From: Mobula hypostoma
Lineage: Eukaryota
Assembly (NCBI RefSeq): GCF_963921235.1
Contig: NC_086108.1
Location: 67,520,001-67,584,000 of the forward strand
DNA: 64,000 nt
Direction: 5' to 3'
Positions 50,656 through 64,000 of the stretch are shown here, piece by piece (positions within the stretch are counted from its first letter, which is position 1; each line of letters begins with the position of its first letter). Below the pieces are notes generated by a model that had not been told where the DNA came from, made no database searches, and saw only the letters and a program-made list of their open reading frames with translations. The position numbers and the translations under genes were made by a program.

Positions 50656-52090
50656 ATGAATATAAAAGTTCAAGGGAAATTCACAATTGGTATAATATTT
50701 AGATGTCAAAATTAGGTGAGATGAAAATAATATTTCATTTATCTCTCTTATGCGTAATGGAATGACATCGATCTTTGGTAATAACCCAAAAAAAAACATT
50801 ACTACAAACCAACAGCACCAGTTGTGTCTCACCAGTTTTATTTTTATTTTTTATTCCACTGACATTCAAGACATTCCTTGTGTTTATTTCTTCTGATTCA
50901 ATTAAGTCATCTTTTGTTTTTCTATTTGATATTCTTTACTCTTTAAATTTACAGAGCAGTTTCTACATTTAAAATTTGGTTTAAAATTCTCCAAACACTA
51001 TGGGTACTAGAAATCTGGAATAAAAACAGAATATGCTGGAAAAGTTTGGCAGGTCAGGCAATATTTGTTGGGTAAAAGAGCTTATGTTTCAAATCAAATG
51101 CTTTTCCTCTTGTTAGCAGTATGCAATTAAGTTCTTGAAATCCTTAAAATTACTGAGTTAAATGATGCTCAGTGATTTCTTTATGAATATTTTAAATCTA
51201 AATTGGTTTACATATGCCAATTCATAACCTAAATTAGGCGTTATAATAAGATTTTAAATGCAATTAAAATTTTATAGGTTGACAACTTTGCTCAGCATTG
51301 ATGCATTTTTTATCAGTATGCTACAGTGGGTTGGTGCACTAATACATGGAGCACAAGAGATAGACATGCGTTTGATTTTTACTTTTCTTTACATGGTAAT
51401 TTCAAGATAAAAACATTATTATGAAGAAGAACCGAGGGTGGGGGGGAAGCATCAGTAGGTCATAAATGAATGAGTTGCTCTGAGGCATTTCTCCAGCAAA
51501 CAATTCCAGAAATGTACAGAAATACAAATGCATGAACAGACATCTGGAGCTAAAGGAAGACTTGGCCTCCACAGCCATCTGTGACAATGAACTCCACAGA
51601 TTCACTACCCTTTGGCTAAAGAAATTGTTCCTTATCTGTGTTCTAAAGGGATGTACTTCTATTGTGAGGCTGTCCACTCAGTCTAGGTCTTTCAAAATTC
51701 CATAGGTTTCAATGAGATGCCCACTGATTCTCCTCAATTCTGGTCACTGTAAACTGCATTGAGTGTACAGATAAGCTGTAGTGAAAAGCAGAATGGAAGT
51801 GCAGAGAAAATAGGATAAATGTAAGAAGGATGTAACAAGGTAGCTATAGTTGGTGCTGCATCGGAAATCTGTGTTGGAGTCTTAGAGTAGCTAGTCATAA
51901 ATGAAATTAAAAGAAGTTGAAAACTAATCTATATTGCACACAGATCCACAGCCTGAGCTCAGAAAGATTTATCTTCATTTGAATTCTTCAGGGAGTAACA
52001 TGACTACATTTACGGCAGATTTATTGCATACAATCTGGGATGATGTGTTTGAAAACTCAGTAAATGGGTACTTTGCCTTCTCGCTGGCAG

Positions 52091-52171
52091 GTGGTTTGAC
52101 CGCTGTGATATATACAGATGCCCTTCAGACTGTGATTATGGTGACAGGCGCACTCATCCTTATGTTCATTG
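52091..52171 (+). CDS. SLC5A9: SGLT4 coding exon 6
   Basis: GCAG|(G)GLTAVIYTDALQTVIMVTGALILMFI-G|GTGAGT. Confidence 0.93.
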
Positions 52172-54794
52172 GTGAGTTCCTTGTATGAACAAACACAAAC
52201 TTTTATGAAGTATTATGGAAATGAAGGCATCCATATTGAGTAGCAAATTCAGTTTAGTGACGTTGAAGCCTGCACATCCACCATTTATCTTTCAGCCGGA
52301 ATTGAAAGCTTTAGGCTGAACATTAATAAGCTTTTAATATAAACAGACTGAGAGCTTCAAACTACATACTCAGATAGATAAATCATAAAAGGTATTTATA
52401 TTGCATTGTATCAGTATATTGCAAATCTAATCTGGTATTCGTGTGTATGTCATATGATGTAATTTATCATCAAACTCTTTTTTTCTTATTTTTTATTACA
52501 ATACTTCCAAATACATGATGTTGTCTCAAATGCATCAGCCCACAGCCATTTTTGTGCAATTTGCAACAAACCCCCATGTCTCCCTAATAGTAGTGTTTGT
52601 GGGCCAGCCCCTCTGTCAGAATGCCTGGGGAAGTCTGTTTTCACTAATTTCTATTTTCTATCCCACTCACACTCCTAGCTTCTTAGATCAACAATCACTG
52701 CCCTCCACTCATCTGCCTTCAGAATCACTTATAGCTCCTGAAATGATGACAATTCTAATGACATTCTGCTTGAAACACGATTTACTGGCAGAGTTACCTC
52801 ACTCTGAGGCATTGCAGCACAATAACCACGTGTTTTCCAACAGTAAAAAGTGATCACAAAGTTCTAATGTGACCTCAACAGTGAACCTGTATGAATCTGT
52901 ATGTCTACCTTTAATTCTTGTATTATAGAGTTGAAGTGCAATTATAATCTATACTTTTCTAAAAATTGCCTAGGATACAGTCACAAAACTATTGCTAGTC
53001 CCATAGGTTCACGCTTATCTACGATGCTCCATATTACTACATCCTGACCTAAATACTCCCTTCAGTGCTTTAAGCAGTATTCTCTTTTTCTCTGCTTTAC
53101 CTCTTCCCTCTAACCAAGCTTCCCCTGTAAGTTACTGTCAGTAACTGCACGCTGACACCGAGATCCCTTTGTCACTCAGGACCTGTAGCCTAAAATGAAT
53201 CCATTATTTTCTGACATATCCTACCCCACTATATTCCACCAGCACCCTATGTTAACTTTTTCATCGATATTCATCTCTGTGTCACTTGAAGAAATAGATG
53301 GAAAATAGGCAAGAAGTTGTTAAAATACAGAGGGAGACAAAAGCAGCAATATGAAGATAATATCTATAGATAAGAGGGCTGGAAATGTCCTCAGATTTTC
53401 TGTGTACATCACTGGATTGTTACATGTAAATGTTTAAGTAGAGAAGGCATGCTAATATCAATGTAATTAATTATTAATTTACCAGTTAATATCTATTGCT
53501 TAACCAGCCTAAAGGTATCTGTAGTTCATTCATTGTCATTGTAATTATCATTAATGTTTAAGGGTTCTTCTTTCATTAGGTTAGCAGTTCCCCTGAAATA
53601 TGTTCCATGAGAATATACTTTGCCTACGTCACTTAAGCATTTAAAGGGTCAGTAATGCTGTTCTGCTAACTGAGCAGAGTTGGAGATTACCAATCAAGCC
53701 AGAGTGGATTAGGGTAGAGAACAGAGGAGATGCAGATCTTACTGGTTCCAACTGCGATATTTTTCCATGGTTAACCCAATTTCTTTCCATGGCTTGAGGC
53801 TCATTTGTTATGGAGGGAGGCTGATGGCAGCATCTCTTTTCCCATCAAAAAGTGAAAAGTCTGATAATGCTGCACTTAGCTGAAAGGGTGACCATAAAGA
53901 AAAACAGCACATAATTGTTTACTTTTTAACTAAAGCTAAGATGGAGACCTAAAATATTCTATTTGCTAGATTATGAAATAATATCAAAGTAGTAGCTCTT
54001 TCTTCATGGGAAGGAACAGAGGTTACTTCAAGTTGATTTACCACTGCCTTCCCTTTGGGTTAATTCAGCTTGTTATCTGAGGAACAGTTAAAATAAGCAA
54101 GAAAAATGAGGGTTTGCTAAATACTATGAGCACAGGAATTGAGTGAACTCACTGGTAAGTCTCCACCTGATTTTTTTTCACCTACAGGCATAAGTATCAG
54201 TGGGTTTGATCAGGAGGCAGGAATCTGAGATCACAGCAAAATCTACACAAACAGACTGTCAGTGGAGTCAATGGTTAATAAGTATGGCACGGATTAATAA
54301 TCTAACCAGCAACCTTGTCAATGATATGGCCCAATGCAACACTGGAACAGGTTACCGATAAATTTTAAGCAATAAAAGGTACAAGATATAAGAGGTGGAA
54401 GCTGCTCAATGTTTAAGCCTTGACTGCCTTTTAATCCTGCACCTCAACACCATTTTCCTGCTCTGAACCCAGAAGCTTTGATTCATCCAATCAGAAAGGT
54501 ATCAGGTTTAAATGAAATCAATGATTTGGCTCCGACAGCCCTGTGAAGGTAGAGAATGCAGAAGATTCCCCACCGAGAGATAAAATGTCTTTTTTTATTT
54601 GACCTAGCCCTTATTTTGAGACTGCAACTCTTACGTCTGAACTCCTCAGCCAGGCAAAATATGCTCTCCTCAGCTACCTTATCAAGTTATCAATCTATCA
54701 AGCCCACTGAATGTTTTCGTAAACTCAATATGGAGAAGCCTCATTTATTTAAAGCTGTCTTACGAGATGAAATGGGAATATGTTATAAATAAAA

Positions 54795-55276
54795 ATTATT
54801 CATGCCCCCCCTCCCGGGAAGTTATCATGTTTTATTGTTTTCCAACATTGAATCGCAATGAATTTAATTGGGCTTTTTTGACACTGATCAACAGAAAAAG
54901 ACTCTTTCATGTCAAAGTGAAAACAGATCTCTACAAAGTGATCCAAATTAAATACATATATAAAATACAAAATAAATGATTCCATAAGAATTAGCCCCCT
55001 TCCCCCTTTAACATGACACACCAGATCATCACTGGTGCAACCAACTAGTTTTAGAAGTCACATAATTAGTTAAATGGAGATCTGTTTTTGGAGACCTGTG
55101 TGCAGTCAAGGTATTTCAACTGATTATAGTAAAAATACACATGTATCTGAAAGGTCCAACTGTTGGTGAGTCAGTATCCTGGCAAAAACCACACCATGAA
55201 GACAAAAGAACACTCCAAGAAACTCCGCAAAAAGATTATTGAAAAGCACAAGTCAGGAGGTGGATACAAGAAAATT
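54795..55276 (+). mobile_element. Tc1-like DNA transposon 5' fragment
   Basis: Repeated ATT(C/A)...CCCC direct-repeat motifs typical of IR/DR Tc1 elements. Transposase N-terminus MKTKEHSKKLRKKIIEKHKSGGGYKKI starts at 55196 and is cut off by a CR1. Confidence 0.7.
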
Positions 55277-57850
55277 AAGAACATAAGAACATAAGAAATA
55301 AGAGCAGGAGTAGGCCATCTGGCCCATTGAGCCTGCTCCGCCATTCAGTAAGGTTATGGCTAATTTGACCATGGACTCATCTCCACCTATCTGTCTTTTC
55401 TCCATAACCTTTAGTCATAGTCATAGTCATACTTCATTGATCCCAGGGGAAATTGGTTTTTGTTACAGTTGCACCATAAATAATAAATAGTAATAGAACC
55501 ATAAATAGTTATATAGTAATATGTAAATTATGCCAGTAAATTATGAAATAAGTCCAGGACCAGCCTATTGGCTCAGGGTGTCTGACCCTCCAAGGGAGGA
55601 GTTGTGAAGTTTGATGGCCACAGGCAGGAATGACTTCCTATGACGCTCTGTGTTGCATCTCGGTGGAATGAGTCTCTGGCTGAATGTACTCCTGTGCCCA
55701 ACCAGTACATTATGTAGTGGATGGGAGACATTGACCAAGATGGCACACAACTTGGACAGCATCCTCTTTTCAGACACCACCGTGAGAGAGTCCAGTTCCA
55801 TCCCCACAACATCACTGGCCTTACAAATGAGTTTGTTGATTCTGTTGGTGTCTGCTACCCTCAGCCTGCTGCCCCAGCACACAACAGCAAACAGGATAAC
55901 ACTGGCCACCACAGACTCGTAGGACATCCTCAGCATCGTCCGGCAGATGTTAAAGGACCTCAGTCTCCTCAGGAAATAGAGACGGCTCTGTCCCTTCTTG
56001 TAGACAGCCTCAGTGTTCTTTGACCAGTCCAGTTTATTGTCAATTCGTATCCCCAGGTATTTGTAATCCTCCACCATGTCCACACTGACCCCCTGGATGG
56101 AAACAGGGGTCACCGGTACCTTAGCTCTCCCCAGGTCTACCAGCAGCTCCTTAGTCTTTTTCACATTAAGCTGCAGATAATTCTGCTCATACTGTGCAAC
56201 AAAGTTTCCTACCGTAGCCCTGTACTCAGCCTCATCTCCCTTGCTGATGCATCCAACTATGGCAGAGTCATCCGAAAACTTCTGAAGATGTCAAGACTCT
56301 GTGCAGTAGTTGAAGTCCGTGGTGTAAATGGTGAAGAGAAAGGGAGACAAGACAGTCCCCTGTGGAGCCCCAGTGCTGCTGATCACTCTGTCAGACACAC
56401 AGTGTTGCAAGCACACGTACTGTGGTCTGCCAGTCAGGCAATCAAGAATCCATGACACCAGGGAAGCATCCACCTGCATTGCTGTCAGCTTCTCCCCCAG
56501 CACAGCAGGGCGGATGGTGTTGAACGCACTGGAGAAGTCAAAAACCATGTCCCTCATAGTGCTGGCTGGCTTGTCCAGGTGGGCGTAGACACGGTTCAGA
56601 AGGTAGACGATAGCATCCTCAACTCCTAGTCGGGGCTGGTAGGCGAACTGGAGGGGATCTAAGTGTGGCCTGACCATAGGCCGGAGCAGCTCCAGAACAA
56701 GTCTCTCCAGGGTCTTCATGATGTGGGAGGTCAATGCCACCGGTCTGTAGTCATTGAGGCCGCTGGGGCGCGGCGTCTTCGGCACAGGGACGAGGCAGGA
56801 TGTCTTCCACAGAACAGGAACCCTCCGGAGCCTCAGGCTCAGGTTGAATACATGGCGAAGTACTCCACATAGCTGAGGGGCACAGGCTTTGAGCACCCTG
56901 GTACTGACACTATCCGGTCCTGCAGCCTTGCTTGGGTTGAGACGTTTCAACTGTCTTCTCACCTGTTCAGCTGTGAAGCCCACCATGGTAGTTTCGTGTG
57001 GGGAAGGAGTATAGTCATGAGAGCAGGGTGGGGGACTGTGAGGAGGGGTAGGAGGGGAGGGTGGAATATGTGTTGGTTGGGGGCCGACAACAGATGGCTC
57101 GTGTGGGGGATGGGCAGGGGCCACAATGTCAAATCTGTTAAAGAACAGGTTAACTTCATTGGCCCTGTCCACACTGCCTTCAGCTCCTCTGTTGCTAGTT
57201 TGCCGGAACCCAGTGATGGTCCTCATCCCCCTCCAGACCTCTCTCATGTTGTTCTGCTGGAGTTTCCACTCAAGCTTCCTCCTGTACCTGTCTTTAGCCT
57301 CCCTGATCCTGGCTTTCAGGTCCCTCTGTATTGCCCTCAGCTCCTCCCTATTTCCATCTCTAAACGCCCTCTTTAATTCCCTTAATTCCCCTACTAAGCA
57401 AAAATCTATCCGGCCTTGTTTGAAATATATTTACTGGGGTAGCCTCCACTGCTTAATTGGGCAGAGAATTCCACAGGTTCACCATTCTCTGGGAAAAGGA
57501 GTTCCTCCTCAACTCCATCCTAAATCTAATCCCCAGAATCTTGAGGTTATGTCCCTTAGTTGTAGTTTCTCATATCAGTGGTAACAACTTTCCTGATTCT
57601 ATCTTATCTATCCCTTCCATAATTGTATATGTTTCTATAAGATCTCCTCTCATTCTTCTGAATTCCAGCAAGTACAGTCCCAGGCGATTCAATTTGTCCT
57701 CATAGTCTAACATCCTCATCCTTGGAATCAACCTGGTGAACCGCCTCTACACCACCTCCAAAGCCAGTATAAACTTCCTCAAGACCAAAACTGCAAACAG
57801 TGCTCCAGGTGTGGCCTCACCAGTACCCTGTACAGTTGCAGCATAACCCC
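55277..57850 (-). mobile_element. CR1 3' fragment (55277-55412 plus ~57374-57850) split by a Rex1-like LINE
   Basis: An (AAGAACAT)n tail is at 55277; the CR1 sequence resumes TTAATTCCCCTACT at ~57380. Confidence 0.75.
55413..57373 (-). mobile_element. Rex1/Babar LINE, 5'-truncated, young-looking RT
   Basis: ORFs 56291-57247 ([38 protein letters not shown]) and 55565-56164 (KGQSRLYFLRRLRSF); (TAGTCA)n tail. Confidence 0.9.
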
Positions 57851-58640
57851 CCCTCATGTTATAGTAATTTCAAGTCTGCATTTGGCTTCTTGAGCTCCCA
57901 TTAACATTACTCAATGACTTTTACGTAACTCTATCACATCCCTGCAAATGTAAACCTCAACATCTTTCCTCTTGCAGAACTGAACTCCTGTGGTTCTTAT
58001 CTCTTAACAGCAGCTTCTGTTCTAGAACATCCTCCCCTCTCACCAACACTACAATGTTCTCCTTCATCAATACTGCCACACTCTCTCCTCTCTTTCTACT
58101 CCCATCCTTCCTGGTACCCAGGAACGGAGACACGAGAGACTGCAGACGCTGGGATCTGGAGCAACAAACATTTGGCTGTAGAGTTCCTTCAGCAGACTGT
58201 TTGGAGTATCCACGAATACTTAGAACCCAATTCCTGCCCTTTTCCTTAGCCTGGTATCTTGTAATTCTCACAGCATCATAAAGCCACACGGTTACTCGGA
58301 GGTTGAGTGGAACCAGTTGCAATTGATACAGTGGCAAGTGAACTGACTTGCTAATATTAATTTTTGAATGTAATTTATTCTGAGCTGTTAGTTAATCCAT
58401 ACCTTGGCCTTCTGCATAAATTCTGTAAACTCATATTTTGAAATTGTTGAAGTATAATAGCAAGATCATGGTCTTTAAGACAGATTAGAACCAGCTTAGA
58501 ATTTATTCATATTCATAATGTAAAATATATTCTAGATATTAAGAAGTTGTGCTTCGTTGTAACTTTCAGATGAAATTTATGAATTTATTAATACAAGTTT
58601 GCTTGGTACATGGAAATAAAATGTGCCTTTTTGATTTCAG

Positions 58641-58846
58641 GTTTAAATAAAGTTGGTTGGTATTCAGGATTGGAAGAAAAGTACTTTCATGCAATTCCTA
58701 ACATTACTGTGGCAAATACTTCATGTCACATTCCACGTGCTGATGCTTTCCACATGTTTCGAGATCCAGTCAATGGTGACATTCCTTGGCCTGGACTCAT
58801 ATTTGGACTCACAGTACTTGCCACATGGTGTTGGTGTACTGATCAG
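58641..58846 (+). CDS. SLC5A9: SGLT4 coding exon 7
   Basis: TCAG|(G)[74 protein letters not shown]. Confidence 0.93.
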
Positions 58847-60412
58847 GTAAATCTCAACAGTCATCATGGAAAATTTAATAGCAATTAAAATTATTTGACC
58901 TCCACATGCTTGGATATCTCATAATTATTATGGAAGTTAACTATACAGTGTTTTTTTTTCCTTTTTCACATTTTGATTTTCCTGTTTAATGAGCAAATAT
59001 GCTGTCCATTCATAACATACAGCCAAATGAGTTCCCATATTGCTAGAACCCTAATGAGTAATTTAAGATTGAAATGTTTTTTCTTGGAAAAGGGTAGGTA
59101 TTAAACAAATCAGATTCTCTGTTGTGTTAAATCAATGTTATTATTGATGGCAATCTGGACTTCCTTGTATGTCCCTTGTTATTAGACTTGAAACTAATGC
59201 AGATGATAATAGCAGATACATGGTGAATTAATTTGTACCATATTTCTTTATTATCATAACAAGCATTGTCATAGTCATTGTCATAGTCATACTTTATTGA
59301 TCCCGGGGGAAATTGATTAGAAATATTAAGAATATACCCAACATTATTGCCAATGGAAGTGACACCTACTGGCCCTGAAATGATGATGACCTGAAATGTT
59401 TATTGTTGGAACTGGTATTTTCTGCTTGTTAGCCCAGAGTGAAAACACTAAGCCATTTAACGTTCACTAAATTACAACAGAATTCATTCAAGCTAATCAA
59501 AGATCCTCACCACGCCCCCACCCCCCACCTGGCTATGCTCTTTTCTTGCTGCTGCATTCAGGTACAGGAGCCTCAGGACTCGCACCACCAGGTTCAAGAA
59601 CAGTTACTACCCCTCAAGCATCAGGCTCTTCAACAAAAGGGGATAACTACACTCATTTAAGGACTCTTTTATCTCATTTTTCTCATGTTCGCTATGTATT
59701 GCTATTTATTTTTTATCTGCATTTGCACAATTTGTTTACAGTTTTTAGTTCCTGATGTTTACAGTTTACAGACCTTTTTACAGTTACTGTTCTATAAATT
59801 TGCTAAATACTGTATGCCTGTAGAAAAAGAACTTCAGGGTTGTGTGTGGCGACATGTATGCACTCTAACAATAACTTCTACTATGAACTTTGAACTTAAT
59901 TCATTCAGAGGATGTATGATGATATAATGTGAGAGTCAATGTCTCATTGTCCGAAAGGCAGTTAGAGCAAACCATGGGAAAGGTAGTTATATTGAATTTA
60001 TTGGCCTGGCTCATTATTTCCATTCCCCATTCTACAACCTCACCTCCTTTGGATTATGAAGAATAATTTCTTGGGGTCTTGATTGGCCAAGAGCCAAGTG
60101 ATGAAGTCTTGAATGGTGGCAAGGCCTCAGAAAACATGGCGGAGTGATAAAAGTGAGGAAGTACAAGACTTGCAGGTGAAACTCCTTTGAAAGTCTGGAA
60201 GCTGGTAAAATGCCTCCACCGGAGAACTTTTGGACTCCTTCAAAATTTCTGACATGGAATTAAATAAATCATTTGAAAGTGTTTGTAAATAACGGAAAAT
60301 ATAGAAACAATTATTGAATAAAAAGACATTACATGCTATTTTAATTCCTTCCTTCCAGTCCTACTGTCCCCATTCAATGAAACATTTGTAGATCTAGTGT
60401 GGCATTGGATTC

Positions 60413-60770
60413 ATAAGACCATAAGACATAGGAGCAGAATTAAGCCACTTGGCCCATCAATTCTGCACCCATATGCCATTATGGCTGATTTATTATCCCA
60501 CTGATTCTTTTCCATGTAACTTTTGCTAATCAAGAACCTATCAACCTCTTAAATATGCCCAATGACTTGCCCTCCACAGTCATCTGTGGTAATGAATTCC
60601 ACAGATTCACCACCCTTTAGCTAAAGAAATTCCTCCGCATCTCTGTTCGAAAGGGATATTAATGTATTCTGAGGCTGTGCCCTTTGGTTCTAGACTCCCC
60701 TACTATTGGAAACATCCTTTCCACATCCACTCTATCTAAGCTTTTCAAAATTCAATAGGTTTCAATGAGA
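60413..60770 (-). mobile_element. CR1-type LINE 3' fragment
   Basis: CATAAGACCATAAGACATAGGAGCAGAATT tail and CR1 3' body. Confidence 0.8.
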
Positions 60771-61009
60771 GCAGAATCCTATACATTATATAAGTCCTGA
60801 AGTGATGTCACTTACACTGACCAATGCCATAACCTCTTTGCTTGGCTACTCGAGCAGATGTTTGGTCATCCAATCCAATTCGATGGCTGGCATTGGAAAT
60901 CACCCCTACTGTAGAAATACTGGCTGCTTGCTGCTAACAGACCCTAATGACTTGATATGTTGTCCTATAATTCACATATAATTTACTTACAATTGTTTCC
61001 TTTCCTTAG

Positions 61010-61145
61010 GTAATCGTACAGAGATCCCTTTCAGCAAAAACTCTTTCCCATGCCAAGGGGGGATCAGTTTTGGGAGGTTATCTGAAGATGTTGCCCATGT
61101 TCTTCATTGTCTGGCCTGGGATGATCAGCAGAGCACTGTATCCAG
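61010..61145 (+). CDS. SLC5A9: SGLT4 coding exon 8
   Basis: [56 protein letters not shown]. Confidence 0.93.
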
Positions 61146-61266
61146 GTGTATATAAAATTTGTGTTTTGGAGATTTTGGTATAAAACTGTCAGGCAATTAT
61201 TATTGTTGTAAAACATGTTTTTCATAGAAAGATAATTAAATATTTAAGTATATTTTAAAGATCTAT

Positions 61267-62987
61267 TTGAGGTCCTAGCTCATCTGCCTTCTCCGTCATA
61301 AGTTCAGTTACTGAACCTGCCGGATTCGCGGTTGGCCCTCGCCCTTCCAGGTGCTACCGTTCCAGGTCAGAGTGGCTCTGGAAGCAATGAATGACTAAGG
61401 GGTAATTCCACTTTTTCCAGAGCTCTGAAAGTCCCCAGTCAGAGCCTCATCACCGGTTGCAGTTTAGCAGTCCAGAAATTAAGAAGGTCCAAGTATTTTA
61501 AAATCTGAAGTTCGTAATGCAATAAATAAGATGAAGAAATGAAAGGCAGCAGGTCCTGATGAATTAGTAATAGAACAAATTATCGCCCTTGAAGATTATG
61601 GAATTGAAAAACTTACTGATTTAATCAATGACATTCATGAGACTGGAATAATACCAGAAGAGATGAGAAAATCAGTATTTAAAACTCTTCCTAAGAAACC
61701 TGGAGCAATGGAATGTGAAGGACCAGAAGTTTAATGATACTTCTAAGAGTTTTGATGACGAGCTAAAAGTAAGATACAAGCTGAGATAGGTAAAGAACAA
61801 CGTGGTTTTGTGCAAGACAAAAGTACAAGAAACACAATATTGATGTTAGGGATACTATCAGAACTAGCTATTCAGGCGCAAAAAGATTTGTTTATTTGTT
61901 TTATTGACTACACAAAAGCATTTGATAAAGTGAAGCACAATAATTTATTTGAAATATTACAGGAAACTCTAGATCTAGATTCGAAAGACCTCTGCCTAAT
62001 CAGAAATCTGTATTGGGAACAAACTGCCGCTTTAAGAATAGACGGAGAAGTGAGTCAGTTTATGAAAATCAAGACAGGCATTAGACAAGGGTGTGTTTTC
62101 TCCTCTGGTTTGTTTAATGTGTACAGTGAAACAATATCACAAAAAATAAGAGACATCTTAGGAATCAAAGTTGGCAGTGAAAACAGCAATAATTCTAGAT
62201 ATGCAGATAACTGTGTTAATTGCAAGTATGGAGGAAGAACTAAAAAGTTAATTGATATAGTTGTTGAAGAAAGTGCAAAAATTGGTCTATCTATCAATTG
62301 CAAAAAGACAGAATGTATGGTGATATCAAAAAGAAGGAGAATCCTATCTCAGGCTGAGAATAAACAGGGAAGACATAGAACAAGTACAGAACTTTTACTA
62401 CTAAGGAAGCTGGGTGACATCAGATGGCAGGTGCGACTTGGACATCAAAAGAAGAATAGGGATGGCAAAAGACACCTTTACAAGAATGAAGAGTATACTG
62501 ACCAACACTAAACTAGGCATGACAACCTACCTCAGAGCACTGGAATGTTGTGTTTATCCAGTTATGTTATATGGCTCAGAGTGTTAGACAATATCTAGTA
62601 ACATGAGGAAACCAATTGAAGCAGCAGAGATGTGTTTTTTGAGGAGGATGCAAAGAATATCATGGACAAAATGAATATCTAATGAGGATGTCATGAACAG
62701 AGCAAGCACAAAAAGAGAAATAATGTATGAGATCATGAAAAGGCAACGTGACTTCATTGGACATGTGATTAGGAAAGAGGAATTAGAATGCATGGTAACT
62801 ATGGGAAAGACTGAAGGGAAGAGAGCAAGAGGAAGGCAAAGACAAATGATGATGGAGACAGCAGCCAGAGAATGGGAAGTGAATACCAATGAATTGATCC
62901 ACTTGACCTGAAACAGGAGTGTGTGGGCCATGGCAGTCAAAGCTCAAACTGGGCACGGCACCTGATGATGATGATGATGATAATAAT
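61267..62987 (+). mobile_element. RTE/BovB-clade LINE with an inverted 5' segment
   Basis: The forward RT/3' part (~61480-62987) has FIDYTKAFDKV, GIRQGCVFS, RYAD, EGKRARGRQR and a (TGA)n tail. Positions 61267-61345 are the reverse complement of the RTE 5'UTR at ~6815-6893. Confidence 0.85.
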
Positions 62988-63194
62988 ATCTATGCAGACA
63001 GCACAATAATGAGTAAATATGTGTCAGGATGAATAACGATGTCATTCTGTGAACGTGCCAGGTCCCAGGTAACTGTGATGGTAACACTTTAACATCAACT
63101 TTATCAGTGTTAACTGTTTTAAAATGTTTAGAAGGTATTCACTTGAATTTCTGAAGTATTTCCTTTGTTAATAATTTATGTTGAATATTTCCAG

Positions 63195-63302
63195 ATCAGG
63201 TGGGCTGTGTGGATCCTGATATTTGTGAGTCAGTCTGTGGAGCCAGAGTAGGATGTTCAAACATTGCATACCCCAAGCTGGTAGTGGAACTTATGCCTGT
63301 AG
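63195..63302 (+). CDS. SLC5A9: SGLT4 coding exon 9
   Basis: CCAG|(D)[42 protein letters not shown]. Confidence 0.93.
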
Positions 63303-64000
63303 GTGAGGCTGTATTTATTATCATCTTGAATACTGATGAACGGTGCATCTATTGTTTGTCGTCCGCTCAACCTGTCAGCTCCCATTATAAACACAGCACC
63401 TTGCTCATTCATTTCACAATTATTCCTGGTGTATTCCAGCCTCCATTTATTCACCCTTATAATTAAGGTGCCCATTTTCCATGAGGAAAGAGCCAGACAA
63501 ACCATTCAAGCCATTGTTGGTATAATTCATTGTTTGCCGAAGTGGCACATGAGGAGCTGTCTGGTCTCCATCCAAGTTCTTTGCTAGAATCAAGAACTTA
63601 CAAAATCATTCCAAATGGGAAGACTACGTTTGCATTATAAGTATTTCTACCATCTGCAACTTTCACAATCAAGAACACCAATGCTAAGTGTAACCAAGTG
63701 ATAACTTGAGACAAAAATTTGTTAGGGAGAAGTTGATCTTGAAGACTTTGAAGCAATGTGGCAGACGAGGGGTTAAATCTCAGATGGGAAATATCCCTTC
63801 TCTCTGGTTGAAACAACCAAAACAAAGTAGCAAACATTTCTGCAGAAGGGGAAGTAATACTCCAAATTTAGGAAAATATAGAAATTTACCATTAAAATAA
63901 ATATTATTTTATTGTTCCTATACACTGATTATTCATCAATCTGCTACCACCTTGAAAACCTCACACAGAAACTGAAACAGATAATACAAACTAAATGTCA

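Larger units (their letters stand above)
30466..63302 (+). other. SLC5A9: SLC5A9 (SGLT4) gene span, coding exons 1-9; the 3' part lies outside the window
   Basis: Nine GT-AG exons with consistent phases give 1081 nt of uninterrupted ORF. Motifs [45 protein letters not shown] and [13 protein letters not shown] fit SLC5A9 better than SLC5A10 or SLC5A1. Confidence 0.9.

Noticed and set aside
30466..63302. Assignment as SLC5A10 or SLC5A1
   Set aside because: Diagnostic motifs ([45 protein letters not shown]) fit recalled SLC5A9 better; a phylogeny would confirm.

Overview
Eukaryotic, intron-rich vertebrate genomic DNA. The repeat landscape (CR1, Rex1/Babar-like, RTE/BovB, Penelope-derived hammerhead repeats, Gypsy LTRs) suggests a cartilaginous fish such as a ray or shark, which is an inference. 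Two host genes lie on the + strand. MRPL55 is complete (3 coding exons, 15951-27085, 129 aa). SLC5A9/SGLT4 contributes its first 9 coding exons (30466-63302) and continues beyond the window. Most of the remainder is nested transposable elements. The main finding is a 3.6-kb Gypsy-type LTR element in SLC5A9 intron 3 (38163-41803). It keeps both LTRs, PBS, gag, protease and PPT. Its RT/RNaseH/integrase region is replaced by two intronless host-gene fragments: SUDS3 (sense, in frame with the gag zinc knuckles and protease) and RNF213 (antisense), joined at an apparent microhomology. Also seen: minimal hammerhead ribozyme motifs in Penelope-derived repeats, a 5'-inverted RTE copy, an HNF1+HNF4 promoter module, an isolated hairpin, and a possible divergent spliced non-coding transcript. 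All gene and repeat-family calls come from recalled protein or repeat similarity; no database search was run.
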